From an uncultured delta proteobacterium (GTDB lineage Bacteria > Myxococcota_A > Polyangia > Palsa-1104), in NCBI GenBank assembly GCA_963785725.1, contig CAWAWS010000033.1, forward strand, positions 288,001-352,000: 64,000 nt of DNA, given 5' to 3'. The translations under genes and the position numbers were made by a program. The notes below the pieces were generated by a model that was given only the letters and a program-made list of their open reading frames with translations, was not told where the DNA came from and did not search any database. Positions 8,382 to 17,692 of this stretch are shown here, piece by piece; the stretch's first letter is position 1, and every line of letters starts with the position of its first letter.

Positions 8382-8456
8382 TTAACAGCGCGCTGACGGA
8401 CCGTCGCCCATGCATCGCCGACAACACGTCGCGCGGTCGATGATCGGGCAACCCAT
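8382..8456 (-). CDS. Cys-rich attenuator leader peptide 2 (MGCPIIDRATCCRRCMGDGPSARC)
   Basis: 24 aa with 5 Cys; D7, A9, C11, C12, R13, G17, G19 and P20 at the same positions as in leader 1; terminator follows. Confidence 0.78.
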   Translation of the reverse strand: MGCPIIDRATCCRRCMGDGPSARC

Positions 8457-8462
8457 CCTTCG

Positions 8463-8492
8463 CTTTTATCCGTTATTGCGGATGAATGTCAA
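8463..8492 (-). promoter_or_regulatory. Promoter with TTGACA -35 box and TCCG-N6-CGGA operator (8469-8482)
   Basis: TTGACA at 8492-8487; same architecture as the promoter at 7811-7839; -10 box less clear. Confidence 0.6.
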
Positions 8493-8541
8493 ATCCGTGC
8501 ACTTTCCCGGCCGATTTGCGGGAATTGCGCGAGCGTCATCG

Positions 8542-8555
8542 TCCGCTATTACGGA
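8542..8555. promoter_or_regulatory. Third TCCG-N6-CGGA operator-like site
   Basis: TCCGCTATTACGGA. Confidence 0.5.
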
Positions 8556-8640
8556 TGCCGATACGAAGCGTTAGCTGCAAGCGAGGGAATGGTCGAGCAG
8601 GGACGGCTGGGACAATCGGCGCGCAGTGGCGCGCGCGGCG

Positions 8641-9804
8641 CTATTTGAAGTTCGTCTTGATGACGAGCGCGCTCTTCGTCGTGTCCACGAAGTCCATGAC
8701 GATGGCGCCGTAGCGTCCGAACGTGTTGGCCGTGAAGTAGCTCGTCACCTTGGGGTTGATGACGTCGGAGACGCTGGGAATGTTCTCGAGCCCGCCGTCC
8801 GCGTCCTCATAGGCGCTCGTATGATTGATGTAGAGCTCGGTCATGCTGCCGGCCGGCGCTTCGGTCAATAGGCCGGAAATCGCCGTCCACTTCGCGTCAT
8901 CGTCGGGGACGTCGTAATAGTCCTGAATGCGCAGCTGCGCATTCCCATTGTCGATCGTGAAGGTCGTGTTGTCGGACCACACGGTGGCGTCGAGCCCTTT
9001 CGGCGTCGTGGTGGCGCTGAAGCGTCGCAAGAGCACGATCTTGCCGCGCACCGTGTCCAGCGTCGGGATGGTCGCGCCGAGATACCAGCGCTCCGGATGC
9101 TGCGCCGTATACGTGTCGAAGGTCTGCTCGAACGTGTTCGTCGATCCCGACTCCGGCTGCTCCTCTTTGACGCTCATGATGATCGCCTCGGTCGGATTGG
9201 CGGCGAGGAAGTCGTAGACGTTCTGCAGCACGGTCGCGAAGCTCAAGTTTTGATAGACCGTCAAATGATAGATATCGAATTGGTTATTCACATTTCGCGT
9301 GCGGATATCGAAATAGCGAATGCCCGCCGTCAGCTGATCGGGGACCGCCAGGTTCTGCGTCTTGGTCGCGCCGGCGACGTTCTCGAACAGCGCGCCCGTG
9401 TCGTGGCTCCCGGGAATCGACAGCGCCGCCAAGCTCGTCGCTCCGGGAATCGCGCCCAGCCAATTCGAACCGGTATAGGGCGGCGCCAGGTCGGTCGGCA
9501 CGACGGCCATGTCCGCCGGCGCGGCGTCGCTGGCGGCCGGATCGGCCGGCGCGGCGTCATCGACGACGACCATGTCGCCGACGCCCGCGCTCAGGTCGGG
9601 CACGCCGGCGTCGGTGGCGACGGACTGGTCGCGCCCGACGTCGAGATCGTGCGGGCTCGTGGCCAGGTCACCGAGGTCGTTCGACGACGACGAATTCCCG
9701 CAGCCGGCGACGGCGAGCGCGAGCGCGACGAACCTGGAGGCGGTCAGAATGTGCCGAGCAGCGGCGCGAGTCATGCGAGCCTTTGGCGTTGGATCATCCG
9801 CCAA
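8641..9804 (-). CDS. Phosphatidylinositol-specific phospholipase C (PI-PLC X domain) lipoprotein
   Basis: LSIPGSHDTGA, QLTAGIRYFDIR, IYH and RGKIVLLRRF motifs; VAGC lipobox. Confidence 0.88.
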   Translation of the reverse strand: MADDPTPKARMTRAAARHILTASRFVALALAVAGCGNSSSSNDLGDLATSPHDLDVGRDQSVATDAGVPDLSAGVGDMVVVDDAAPADPAASDAAPADMAVVPTDLAPPYTGSNWLGAIPGATSLAALSIPGSHDTGALFENVAGATKTQNLAVPDQLTAGIRYFDIRTRNVNNQFDIYHLTVYQNLSFATVLQNVYDFLAANPTEAIIMSVKEEQPESGSTNTFEQTFDTYTAQHPERWYLGATIPTLDTVRGKIVLLRRFSATTTPKGLDATVWSDNTTFTIDNGNAQLRIQDYYDVPDDDAKWTAISGLLTEAPAGSMTELYINHTSAYEDADGGLENIPSVSDVINPKVTSYFTANTFGRYGAIVMDFVDTTKSALVIKTNFK

Positions 9805-10027
9805 CGCTACTATTCTTGCCCCGTCGTTTGCGAGTCATACGTGACGAGCTTGGCTCTCTTTCGCGGTGCCGCGCCTCGCGCAGATCAGCGAGCGCGCCGC
9901 GCGACGCGAGCGCCGCGTGCGAACACCGAGCTCAGGAAACGTATGTTCGGCCACGGACGCGCGCGCGCGCACCGAGAACGGCCCGTGGCGGAGTCGGTAT
10001 CATGGCGCGACGGAGAAGGAGAGCGGC

Positions 10028-10528
10028 ATGACACCTCAGCGGCGTGGCCCGGCCATCATCGAGCTCCCGAACGATCTCGAGATCGTCATTGCGCGAGAGC
10101 TCGCGGCGCCGCTCCCACTCGTCTTCGACGTGCTGACGAAGCAGGAGCATCTGCTCAAGACCATCGCGCCATTCAGGGAGCGCGTGAGAGTGTGCTCAGT
10201 CGACCTGCGTGTGGGCGGGAAGTACCACTTCGTGTTCGTGACCGAAGACGGAATCGAGTGCTCGTTTCGTGGCACCTACTTGGAAGTCGAGCCGCCGACC
10301 CGGACCGTCCAGACGTGGCGGTTCGACGGGTGGCCGGATGCAGAGGCCGTCGAGACGCAGGCGCTTCGCGAAGCCGACGGCGTGACGACCTTGACGTGGA
10401 CGCTGGCCTTCCGCGACAAGGCCGGCCGTGCCCGCATGACCAAATTCGATGGCCCCGAGGCGAACTTGGACAAGGTCGAAGATCTCTTGATGTCGTTGCT
10501 CGATCCCGAGGGAATGGATTCCGGGTAA
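10028..10528 (+). CDS. SRPBCC/AHSA1-like domain protein
   Basis: VDLRVGGKYHF...FRGTYLEVEPPTRTVQTW. Confidence 0.85.
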   Translation: MTPQRRGPAIIELPNDLEIVIARELAAPLPLVFDVLTKQEHLLKTIAPFRERVRVCSVDLRVGGKYHFVFVTEDGIECSFRGTYLEVEPPTRTVQTWRFDGWPDAEAVETQALREADGVTTLTWTLAFRDKAGRARMTKFDGPEANLDKVEDLLMSLLDPEGMDSG

Positions 10529-11191
10529 TCGCGCTTCGGCTCAGACATCGACTGCAGGCATGAAGGTGCGCGCCGCGTTCCTGTAGAGCATTCGCTGGTA
10601 GACGGCCGCGCTCGTCGGCGTGGCCAACGCGCTCACCCAGTGGTCAGCCTGCTCACGCTCGCCGCCGTCGTCGCCGCCGCGCGCGTTCGCCCGCCCGGCA
10701 CGACCGCTCGCCCCACTCCCGCCCGCTGAGCTCAGCGTCGTCGACTTCGATGGCGCGTCCATGCTCGGCCCACTCCGCGTCGTGATCTCGATCGGCTAAG
10801 GCCACGTCACCTCGCGTCGGCTCATCGGAGCGGTCTCGACTGGCGTCCGCAGGAAGTGTGAATGCGCGCGTGCGATCGCCAGTGAGTGAATGCACTCGAC
10901 CGCGCCGCTGAACGTGACTCAGCGCAAACGGACCGCGTGTGCAATCACATGTTGCTAACAAAGCTACGGACGCAACTCGAAGAGTTGCCGTCGCGACTAC
11001 ACCCGAATTGCGGCGCGCGCAGATAGCGGCGGAACGGCCATTGCAGTCGCCGTCGCGCGCGGAGGAGGGCGCGCGCAGAACGCCTGCGCGGCGGACACGG
11101 GAGCGACAGTCCGGCTGCCGCAGCTCGTGCAAAGCGTCGCTCGCGCGACCCGTCCTCTTCTTGAACGGCTGCAACACAACTTGGAGCGCTG

Positions 11192-12409
11192 ATGTCTGAT
11201 CGACGTCGTCGTGTTGCAATGGGTTGGGCCGTCGCGTCTGCGATCGGGCTGTGCGCGTCTTGCGGGCAGTGTGCCGAGCCGTCGCGCCGCGCACTCTCTT
11301 ATGCTGCTTTGGGCGACGAGCTGGTCGAGGCGGTGCGCACCAAGTTCTTCGATGCCGATCGCGCCGCGCGCTGGGCCGCGCGCAATCGCGGCTTCGCCGG
11401 CGCCATCCGCGACGAGGCGAGCTTCGCGCGCGAGAGCAATCGGCGGCTGGCCGAGCTGGGCGCGTCGCACACCACCTATTTCTCGCCGCTGGCGCCGAAG
11501 ACGGACGAGCTCCGCGCAGTCTTCGAGCCCGAGCTCGGCGCCGCCGACGCGGTGAGCATCGGCGCACAGATCGAGCCGCTCGCCGGGCGCTTCTACGTGG
11601 TGACCCTCTTCCCCGACGGGCCGGCCGCGCACGCCGGGCTCTTGCGTGGCGACGAGATCGTCGCCGTCGATGGGCAGCCGTTCAACCCAGACGGCGCGTG
11701 GCCCGATCGCACACTCGCGGTCGCAATCCGGCGGCACGCCAATGGACCCGTGCAAACGATTGGCGTCACACCGCAGCGGGGCTCGATCAGAAAGGCGTGG
11801 CTGGCGGCCGAGCGCGCCGGCTCGCGCATCGTGACGCGCGCGGGCAAGCAGATCGCTTACGCGTGGATGTGGACCTGCGCCGGCGAGGACTATCAAGATC
11901 TGCTGGCGCAGAGGCTCACGTCCGACTTCGCGGCGGCAGATGCTCTGGTGGTCGATTTTCGCGATGGCTGGGGCGGCTGCAATCCCACCTTCGTGAACCT
12001 GTTCAATCGGGCGGTGCCGACGCTCCGCTCGTTGCGCCGCGACGGCCGCGCCCGTGTCTACGCGCCGGGTTGGCGACGGCCGCTGGTCGTGCTCGTCAAC
12101 CGCCGCACGCGCAGCGGCAAGGAGCTGGTGACGCGCGCGCTGCAGCGCGCCGGGCGTGCCACCGTCGTCGGTGAGCGCAGCGCGGGCGCGGTGCTCGCCG
12201 GCGACCCGATCACCTTGGGCAACGGCGGCATTCTGTACGTGGCCGTCGCCGATCTGCTCGTCGACGAGGAGCGGCTGGAAGGCGTCGGCGTCACGCCCGA
12301 AGTGCCCGTCGACGAGCAGCTGCCGTTTGCCGCCGGCGGCGATCCGCCGCTCGACCGCGCGCTCGAGGTCGCCGCCGACCTGGCCAAGCGCGACGCGGCG
12401 CACCGCTGA
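11192..12409 (+). CDS. S41 family (tail-specific) peptidase with PDZ domain, secreted
   Basis: SHT, GPAAHAGLLRGDEI (PDZ), VDFRDGWGG, TRSGKE, VGERSAG and EGVGVTP. Confidence 0.88.
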   Translation: MSDRRRRVAMGWAVASAIGLCASCGQCAEPSRRALSYAALGDELVEAVRTKFFDADRAARWAARNRGFAGAIRDEASFARESNRRLAELGASHTTYFSPLAPKTDELRAVFEPELGAADAVSIGAQIEPLAGRFYVVTLFPDGPAAHAGLLRGDEIVAVDGQPFNPDGAWPDRTLAVAIRRHANGPVQTIGVTPQRGSIRKAWLAAERAGSRIVTRAGKQIAYAWMWTCAGEDYQDLLAQRLTSDFAAADALVVDFRDGWGGCNPTFVNLFNRAVPTLRSLRRDGRARVYAPGWRRPLVVLVNRRTRSGKELVTRALQRAGRATVVGERSAGAVLAGDPITLGNGGILYVAVADLLVDEERLEGVGVTPEVPVDEQLPFAAGGDPPLDRALEVAADLAKRDAAHR

Positions 12410-12472
12410 CCGACCCATGTTCGACCGCGCGAGAGACGGAATCTCTCGATGACCCGCAACCTGGAGGAACAG

Positions 12473-12658
12473 ATGAAAGACGTGAAGGACGAACTGAAGA
12501 AGCTGAGCAACGAGGCGCTGGCGAGCGTTCGCGGCGGTACCGTCACGCTGCGTCCGCCGTCGCTCGGCGGAGTCGGCGGCGGCAGCGCGCTTCTTTGCGG
12601 CGGCGATGCCATGGCCGAGAGCTGCGTTGCCATCATCCACATCCCCGCCAAGCAGTAA
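12473..12658 (+). CDS. Putative RiPP precursor with double-glycine leader
   Basis: GGAGGA RBS; MKDVKDELKKLSNEALASVRGG leader; core has 2 Cys; 11 bp upstream of the radical SAM gene. Confidence 0.75.
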   Translation: MKDVKDELKKLSNEALASVRGGTVTLRPPSLGGVGGGSALLCGGDAMAESCVAIIHIPAKQ

Positions 12659-12669
12659 GGAGTAGCCAC

Positions 12670-14145
12670 ATGTCCTCGAAGATCGCTGGCGCCTATCAGA
12701 CGTCTCGTTACAACTTCTTCGTACCGACGATCGAGGCGACGCTGCTTTACAACTCGCTCCACGGAAGCGTCGTCGGTCTGGGCTCGGCGCAAGCGGCCAA
12801 GCTTGCTTCGGCGCTGGCCAAGCCGGGCGTCGCGGTCTTCGAGGATGATCTACCACCCGAGCTGTTCTTGCAGCTCAGCGAAGGGCACTTCGTCGTCCCG
12901 CCGGGAACGGACGAGCTGGCGCTCATCAAAGAGCGCTTTCGCAAGGCGCGCAATGACGCGCCGGCGATTCTGACGATTACGACGACCATGGATTGCAACC
13001 TCGGCTGCTACTACTGTTATGAAGAGCGCTCCGGCGATCAGCTGACCCAGCAAGGCGATCTGGAAGCGCTCGTGGCCGAGGCGCGGCGCCTCGTGACGCG
13101 GCAAAACAAGACGACGCTGCATGTCGATTGGTATGGCGGCGAGCCGCTCCTGAACGTCGAGTTTCTCGAGGTGGCGTCGGCGCGTCTGTGTGCGCTCGCC
13201 GATGAGCTCGGCGTGCATTACGAGGCGTCGATCCTGACCAACGGCACCTGTTGGCCGGAGGATGTGGGCGCCTTCGTGGCGCGACATCGCATCGTCCGCG
13301 TGCAGATTCCGTTCGATGGGCTCAAGGAGAATCACGACAAACGAAGGCATTATCGCAAGGGTTATGCGCCTTCGGAGGACGCGTCGAGCTTCGAGCTGGC
13401 CGCCGCGCTCGTCGGAAAGCTGCTCGACCACACGCGCGTCGACATCCGCTGCAATATCGATCGTTCCAACGGCTCGGACTTTGTCGGGCTGATTCGCTTT
13501 GCACGCGAGCAGGGCTGGTTCGACAAGCGCTTCGCCGCGGTCATTCAACCGGCGCGCTTGACGAAATACTCCGAGCACACGTCGTTCATGCACAAGGCCG
13601 AGCTCGTTCGCAGCGACTTCGACACCGTTCGAGAGGAGATCGAGCGCGCGGTTCCCACGCATGTCGAAGTGCAAAACTCGAAAGTAGCGGCGTTTCCCGA
13701 GCCGCGCTTCTCGGTCTGCGCGGCGCTCAATGAAGATGCCGTCGTCGTCGGCGCCAATGGCTCGCTCTATCGCTGTGGCTTGCAGGTGGGCGAAAAGCAC
13801 CGCGTCGTCGGCGAGCTTCATGGCGCCGCGGCCAAACCGGACAACAAGCGCCATTTACCGCTTCTCGGCGCCGCCGGTAATGACGTCGAATTCTGGCGCA
13901 CATTCGATCCGACGGAGCGCCCGCGCTGCTCGGCCTGCACGTTCTTGCCGATCTGTTGGTCGGGTTGCCCCAAGGTGCATCTCGAAGGCGACGCACTGGC
14001 GATCGCACGGCAAGGCGAATACTGGCGCACCAACCTTCCGCGGCAGGTCGCCAACGGGCTCGGGCTTACGCTCGACGGAGAGTACGCGTTTTCGGCGCAA
14101 GACCAGTTCCCGGATGGCGAGCCCGAGACCCTCTCGCACTCGTAA
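12670..14145 (+). CDS. Radical SAM/SPASM peptide maturase
   Basis: CNLGCYYC, WYGGEPLL and SPASM CSACTFLPICWSGC; N-terminal SRYN...LLYNSLHG RRE-like region. Confidence 0.9.
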   Translation: MSSKIAGAYQTSRYNFFVPTIEATLLYNSLHGSVVGLGSAQAAKLASALAKPGVAVFEDDLPPELFLQLSEGHFVVPPGTDELALIKERFRKARNDAPAILTITTTMDCNLGCYYCYEERSGDQLTQQGDLEALVAEARRLVTRQNKTTLHVDWYGGEPLLNVEFLEVASARLCALADELGVHYEASILTNGTCWPEDVGAFVARHRIVRVQIPFDGLKENHDKRRHYRKGYAPSEDASSFELAAALVGKLLDHTRVDIRCNIDRSNGSDFVGLIRFAREQGWFDKRFAAVIQPARLTKYSEHTSFMHKAELVRSDFDTVREEIERAVPTHVEVQNSKVAAFPEPRFSVCAALNEDAVVVGANGSLYRCGLQVGEKHRVVGELHGAAAKPDNKRHLPLLGAAGNDVEFWRTFDPTERPRCSACTFLPICWSGCPKVHLEGDALAIARQGEYWRTNLPRQVANGLGLTLDGEYAFSAQDQFPDGEPETLSHS

Positions 14146-14427
14146 CGTGCGCTGAAGACATAGTCCCGCCCATTCTCCGCGACGTCTCGAGTCGAATCCT
14201 CACGACAGCAGATCAGCGCCGTCCTGCAATTCAGTGCAAACGCGCGGCGGCGGCCGTGTGACCTATCGGTGCGACAAATCGCCGCAGGAATGGAATGCAA
14301 TCGTTTATCGGCTAGTCCGAGCGATCGATTGCCTCGACGGCGTGATCTGGACACACCGAGGTTGCGCCAAGTCATCGACAGCTCTCCCTCGCATACGTCA
14401 TCGTCGCGCGCAAAGGAGACTCCCCCC

Positions 14428-14982
14428 ATGACTAACGCAGTATCCCGCAATCGTATTCTCGGTATCGTCGGCACCTTGGTGCTGGCCGGCCTCGCCAGCG
14501 GCTGCACCTCCGGCGTGCTCGTCGACGAGAACTTCGACACCATCACCGATTCGCGCACGGCCAACGCGTCGGTGACGTTCCAGGAGCTGGGTTCGAACCT
14601 CTTGCCCAACGGCACCGAGTACACCTTCAACCTCAACCACCAGCCGTACATCTCGTTCGACGGGTTCCAGGCCGATGGCGCCACGACGTCCAAATACCCG
14701 GGCCTCGTGAACAGCGGGCATGTCATTCCGAACGGCAACTACCGGGTCGAGTTCTTCCAGCCCCAGGTCGGCTTTGCTTACTCGCCGCGCTTCACGCACT
14801 CGTACGCCAACCCGGGCACCTGCACCGATACCTTCTCCGGCGAGAGCGACGGCGACTGTGCGGTGTACTACTTCGAGCTGAACTACAACTGCCCGGTCTG
14901 CACCGGCTCGAGCTGCGGCGGCATCCAGACGCTGCCGACGCACAACGGCTTCCCGGTCATCGATATGTGCGTGTCCTTCTAA
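14428..14982 (+). CDS. Cys-rich lipoprotein, function unknown
   Basis: AAGGAG RBS; LASGC lipobox; six C-terminal Cys. Confidence 0.7.
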   Translation: MTNAVSRNRILGIVGTLVLAGLASGCTSGVLVDENFDTITDSRTANASVTFQELGSNLLPNGTEYTFNLNHQPYISFDGFQADGATTSKYPGLVNSGHVIPNGNYRVEFFQPQVGFAYSPRFTHSYANPGTCTDTFSGESDGDCAVYYFELNYNCPVCTGSSCGGIQTLPTHNGFPVIDMCVSF

Positions 14983-15019
14983 TCATTCCCGAGGTTCGCT
15001 CGGTCGACCGACCTCGCAC

Positions 15020-17563
15020 TTAGGATCTGGCGGCGCGACGCCGACGGCGATACGCCACGGCCAGCAGCGCGAGGAGGCTCCACATCCCCGCCGGCGAGCT
15101 CGCGCCGCGTTGCATCTCGCAGCTGCAGCCACCGCCGCTGTGACCAGCGCCGCCGCCACCGCCACCGCTGCCGTGACCGGCGTCGACGCCGCCGCCGGGC
15201 ACGCCCGCATCGTCGACGATGCCGCCGTCCGTCGGCGTCGCCGGGTTCGTGAAGTCGACGGCGATCGTGTGATCGGCCGTGACGTTGGTGAACGTATACG
15301 ACGTCGCCGCGCCGGTATCGAGCCCGTCGACGGTCACGTGCTGCACGACATATCCCGCATGCGGCGTGATCGTGAACGTCTGATCTTGGTTTTGCTCGAG
15401 CGTCACCGCGCCGCTCGGGTCGATGTCGCCGTTGGCATCCGCCGACGCCGTAATCGTGTAAGTGGCGACCGGATTCACCGTCAGGCCGTTTTGCTCGCGC
15501 AAGAGCTCGAACAGAATGTCCGGCCGCACGACGACATAATCGGAGTCGAGCGAATTGGCCACGTTCATGAAGCTGGTCGGCGTCACGCCTTGCCACGGCT
15601 GCGCTTGAATGACCAAGAAGCGAGGCTCCTTGCCGTCCCAGCCGGCCGCCGACGACGCGATGAACTGCTGCATCGCTTGCTCGTTCGTGCAGTAGTTGCA
15701 GGAGAGCGCCATGCTCGGCAGCTTGTTGTCGTAGATGGTCAGCCCGCCGCCGGTGTTCTGCGCGGTCAAGCCGAGCAGCGACGGCGCGTTATCGGCGTAG
15801 CTGTTGCCCACGTCGAGGTCGATGCCGCCCGTGATCGTGTTCCACACGGTGATGATGCGGAAGCCGGCGCGCTGCTCGTACGTGTCCGTCTTGGCGATGA
15901 ACTGTTGCAGCTGGCCGGCGTCGGTCCACGAGTTCGGATAGGTGTAGCCATAACCGGACGGGCCGGACAAGATGCAGTCGTTGTCGGTGGCGCTCGTCCG
16001 GTAATAGTCGAGCGCGCCCGGCATGGCGTCGACCATCGCCGGCGACATCGTCCAGCCCATCGGCACCATGCCGCGGCCGGCGTCGCTCCACAGCTTGCGC
16101 TCGAGGTGCTCGACGTACTGCAGGTTGTCGCCGTCGCTCAAGATGAAGGCGACGTACAGCTTGTTCGCCAGCGTCGGCTTCGGCGGGATCGGCTTGACGT
16201 GAATGGTGCGCGACATGCCGCTGTGCATCGTCAGGTTCGTCGAGAAGTCGCTGGCGATCGTGGCCACGCCGTACTGCGAGGCCAACGTCACGCCCGAGCC
16301 TTCGTCGGTCCACCAACCCATCCAGCGTCCGCCGGCGCCCATCGACGCCAAGAACTGCTTCAACAGCGGCGTGTCGCTCGCCTGCGTCGGATCGAGCCAC
16401 AGCGCGGCCACGCCCAGCGCCGTCGCGTACTCGCGCACGGCGGCGCGGTTCGTCGGGTTGAGCCCGATGGCGACGCGATGATCGAGGGTGGGCCAGACGT
16501 TGTCGTAGAGGTATTGATAGACGGCGAGCTTGCTCGTGAACTGCCCGCGCAGATCCTGCAAAATCGGCAGATTGTAAGGCGCCGCCGTCAGCTTGGCGAC
16601 GAGGCTCGGCGCGACCACGAGCGCCTTCTTCGGCCCGGCCAACGTCGTCGCCAGGTTGACCGTATCGGGCTGCGCGTTCTCGAACACGATGATGCCGGCG
16701 ATCTCGCTGCGATACTTCGTGATCAAGCTCCAGTTGTCGGTCACGTCGGTGTATTGCAGCCCGAGCGACTGCAGCCAGGTGTGCGGCCCTTCGGCGAAGG
16801 CGTCGCCTTCGTACGAGAAGATGCGCGGCTGCGTGGCGTTGACGATGCCCTTCAACGACGCGAACAGCACCAGCTCGTCGTCGGCCTGGCTCTTCGTGAC
16901 ACCGACCCAGTTGACCTTGATATAGGCGGCGCCGAGCCAAAAGACGCGCAGCTCGAGCTGATGATTGTCGGCGCTCAGCGTAAACGGCAGCGACAGCGTC
17001 GTATAGGTCGCGGCGACGGGAAACTGCGTGCGCGTGAAGGTCTGGCTGGCGACGACCTGGTTGGCGGTGGCGTCGTTGACCTCGAGCCGGACGACGGGAT
17101 TATTGTCGGCCGTGTTGTTGTCGATGATCATGCTGAACTGCGCCGTGTTCGCGCCCGCCGGCACCGTCGTGTCGTACGGTCCGTAGATCATGTAGGCGTT
17201 GGCCGTGTCGACGTTGACCTGGCACAGCCAACCGTCGTTATCGAGGTGGCCGGTGTTGTGCGAAAGCTGTGTACCGATGGCGCTCCATTGTTGCGGCGCC
17301 TCTTGCAGCTCGATCAAATCCTGCACCGGCGCCGGCGTCGGAAAGGACGGCAGCAGCTGATCCGCGGGCCAATTGATCGTCGCCGGCAGCGCCGCGGGGT
17401 GCAGCGACGTCGCCGCCGACAGCTGCTGCGTCGGCGCCGGCGAGCAAGCGGCGCAGCTCGCGATGAGCGCGAGGCCGAGCCAGCGGCGACGCGCGTGATA
17501 CGTCGCCGCCACAGCGTTCGGCCGATTGATCCATCGCGCAGCTTCGATTTTCAGGGGTGTCAC
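15020..17563 (-). CDS. GxGYxYP-family putative glycoside hydrolase with MYXO-CTERM anchor
   Basis: FILSDGDNLQY and SGPSGYGYTYP; C-terminal GGGCSC, hydrophobic segment and RRRRR. Confidence 0.85.
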   Translation of the reverse strand: MTPLKIEAARWINRPNAVAATYHARRRWLGLALIASCAACSPAPTQQLSAATSLHPAALPATINWPADQLLPSFPTPAPVQDLIELQEAPQQWSAIGTQLSHNTGHLDNDGWLCQVNVDTANAYMIYGPYDTTVPAGANTAQFSMIIDNNTADNNPVVRLEVNDATANQVVASQTFTRTQFPVAATYTTLSLPFTLSADNHQLELRVFWLGAAYIKVNWVGVTKSQADDELVLFASLKGIVNATQPRIFSYEGDAFAEGPHTWLQSLGLQYTDVTDNWSLITKYRSEIAGIIVFENAQPDTVNLATTLAGPKKALVVAPSLVAKLTAAPYNLPILQDLRGQFTSKLAVYQYLYDNVWPTLDHRVAIGLNPTNRAAVREYATALGVAALWLDPTQASDTPLLKQFLASMGAGGRWMGWWTDEGSGVTLASQYGVATIASDFSTNLTMHSGMSRTIHVKPIPPKPTLANKLYVAFILSDGDNLQYVEHLERKLWSDAGRGMVPMGWTMSPAMVDAMPGALDYYRTSATDNDCILSGPSGYGYTYPNSWTDAGQLQQFIAKTDTYEQRAGFRIITVWNTITGGIDLDVGNSYADNAPSLLGLTAQNTGGGLTIYDNKLPSMALSCNYCTNEQAMQQFIASSAAGWDGKEPRFLVIQAQPWQGVTPTSFMNVANSLDSDYVVVRPDILFELLREQNGLTVNPVATYTITASADANGDIDPSGAVTLEQNQDQTFTITPHAGYVVQHVTVDGLDTGAATSYTFTNVTADHTIAVDFTNPATPTDGGIVDDAGVPGGGVDAGHGSGGGGGGAGHSGGGCSCEMQRGASSPAGMWSLLALLAVAYRRRRRAARS

Positions 17564-17692
17564 GCCTCACGATGTTAGCAAGCGTGCCGTCGCAGCGTGT
17601 GTCTCACCTTTGATACGGCACGCGCCGCGTCACAGCGCAGTCGAATGCGCGGATCATTCCCTGCGTTACGCGCCGCTGATGCTCGCGAAAGC

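Noticed and set aside
10541..11190. Short ORFs between the SRPBCC and S41 genes
   Set aside because: No motifs or convincing RBS; cannot be supported as genes
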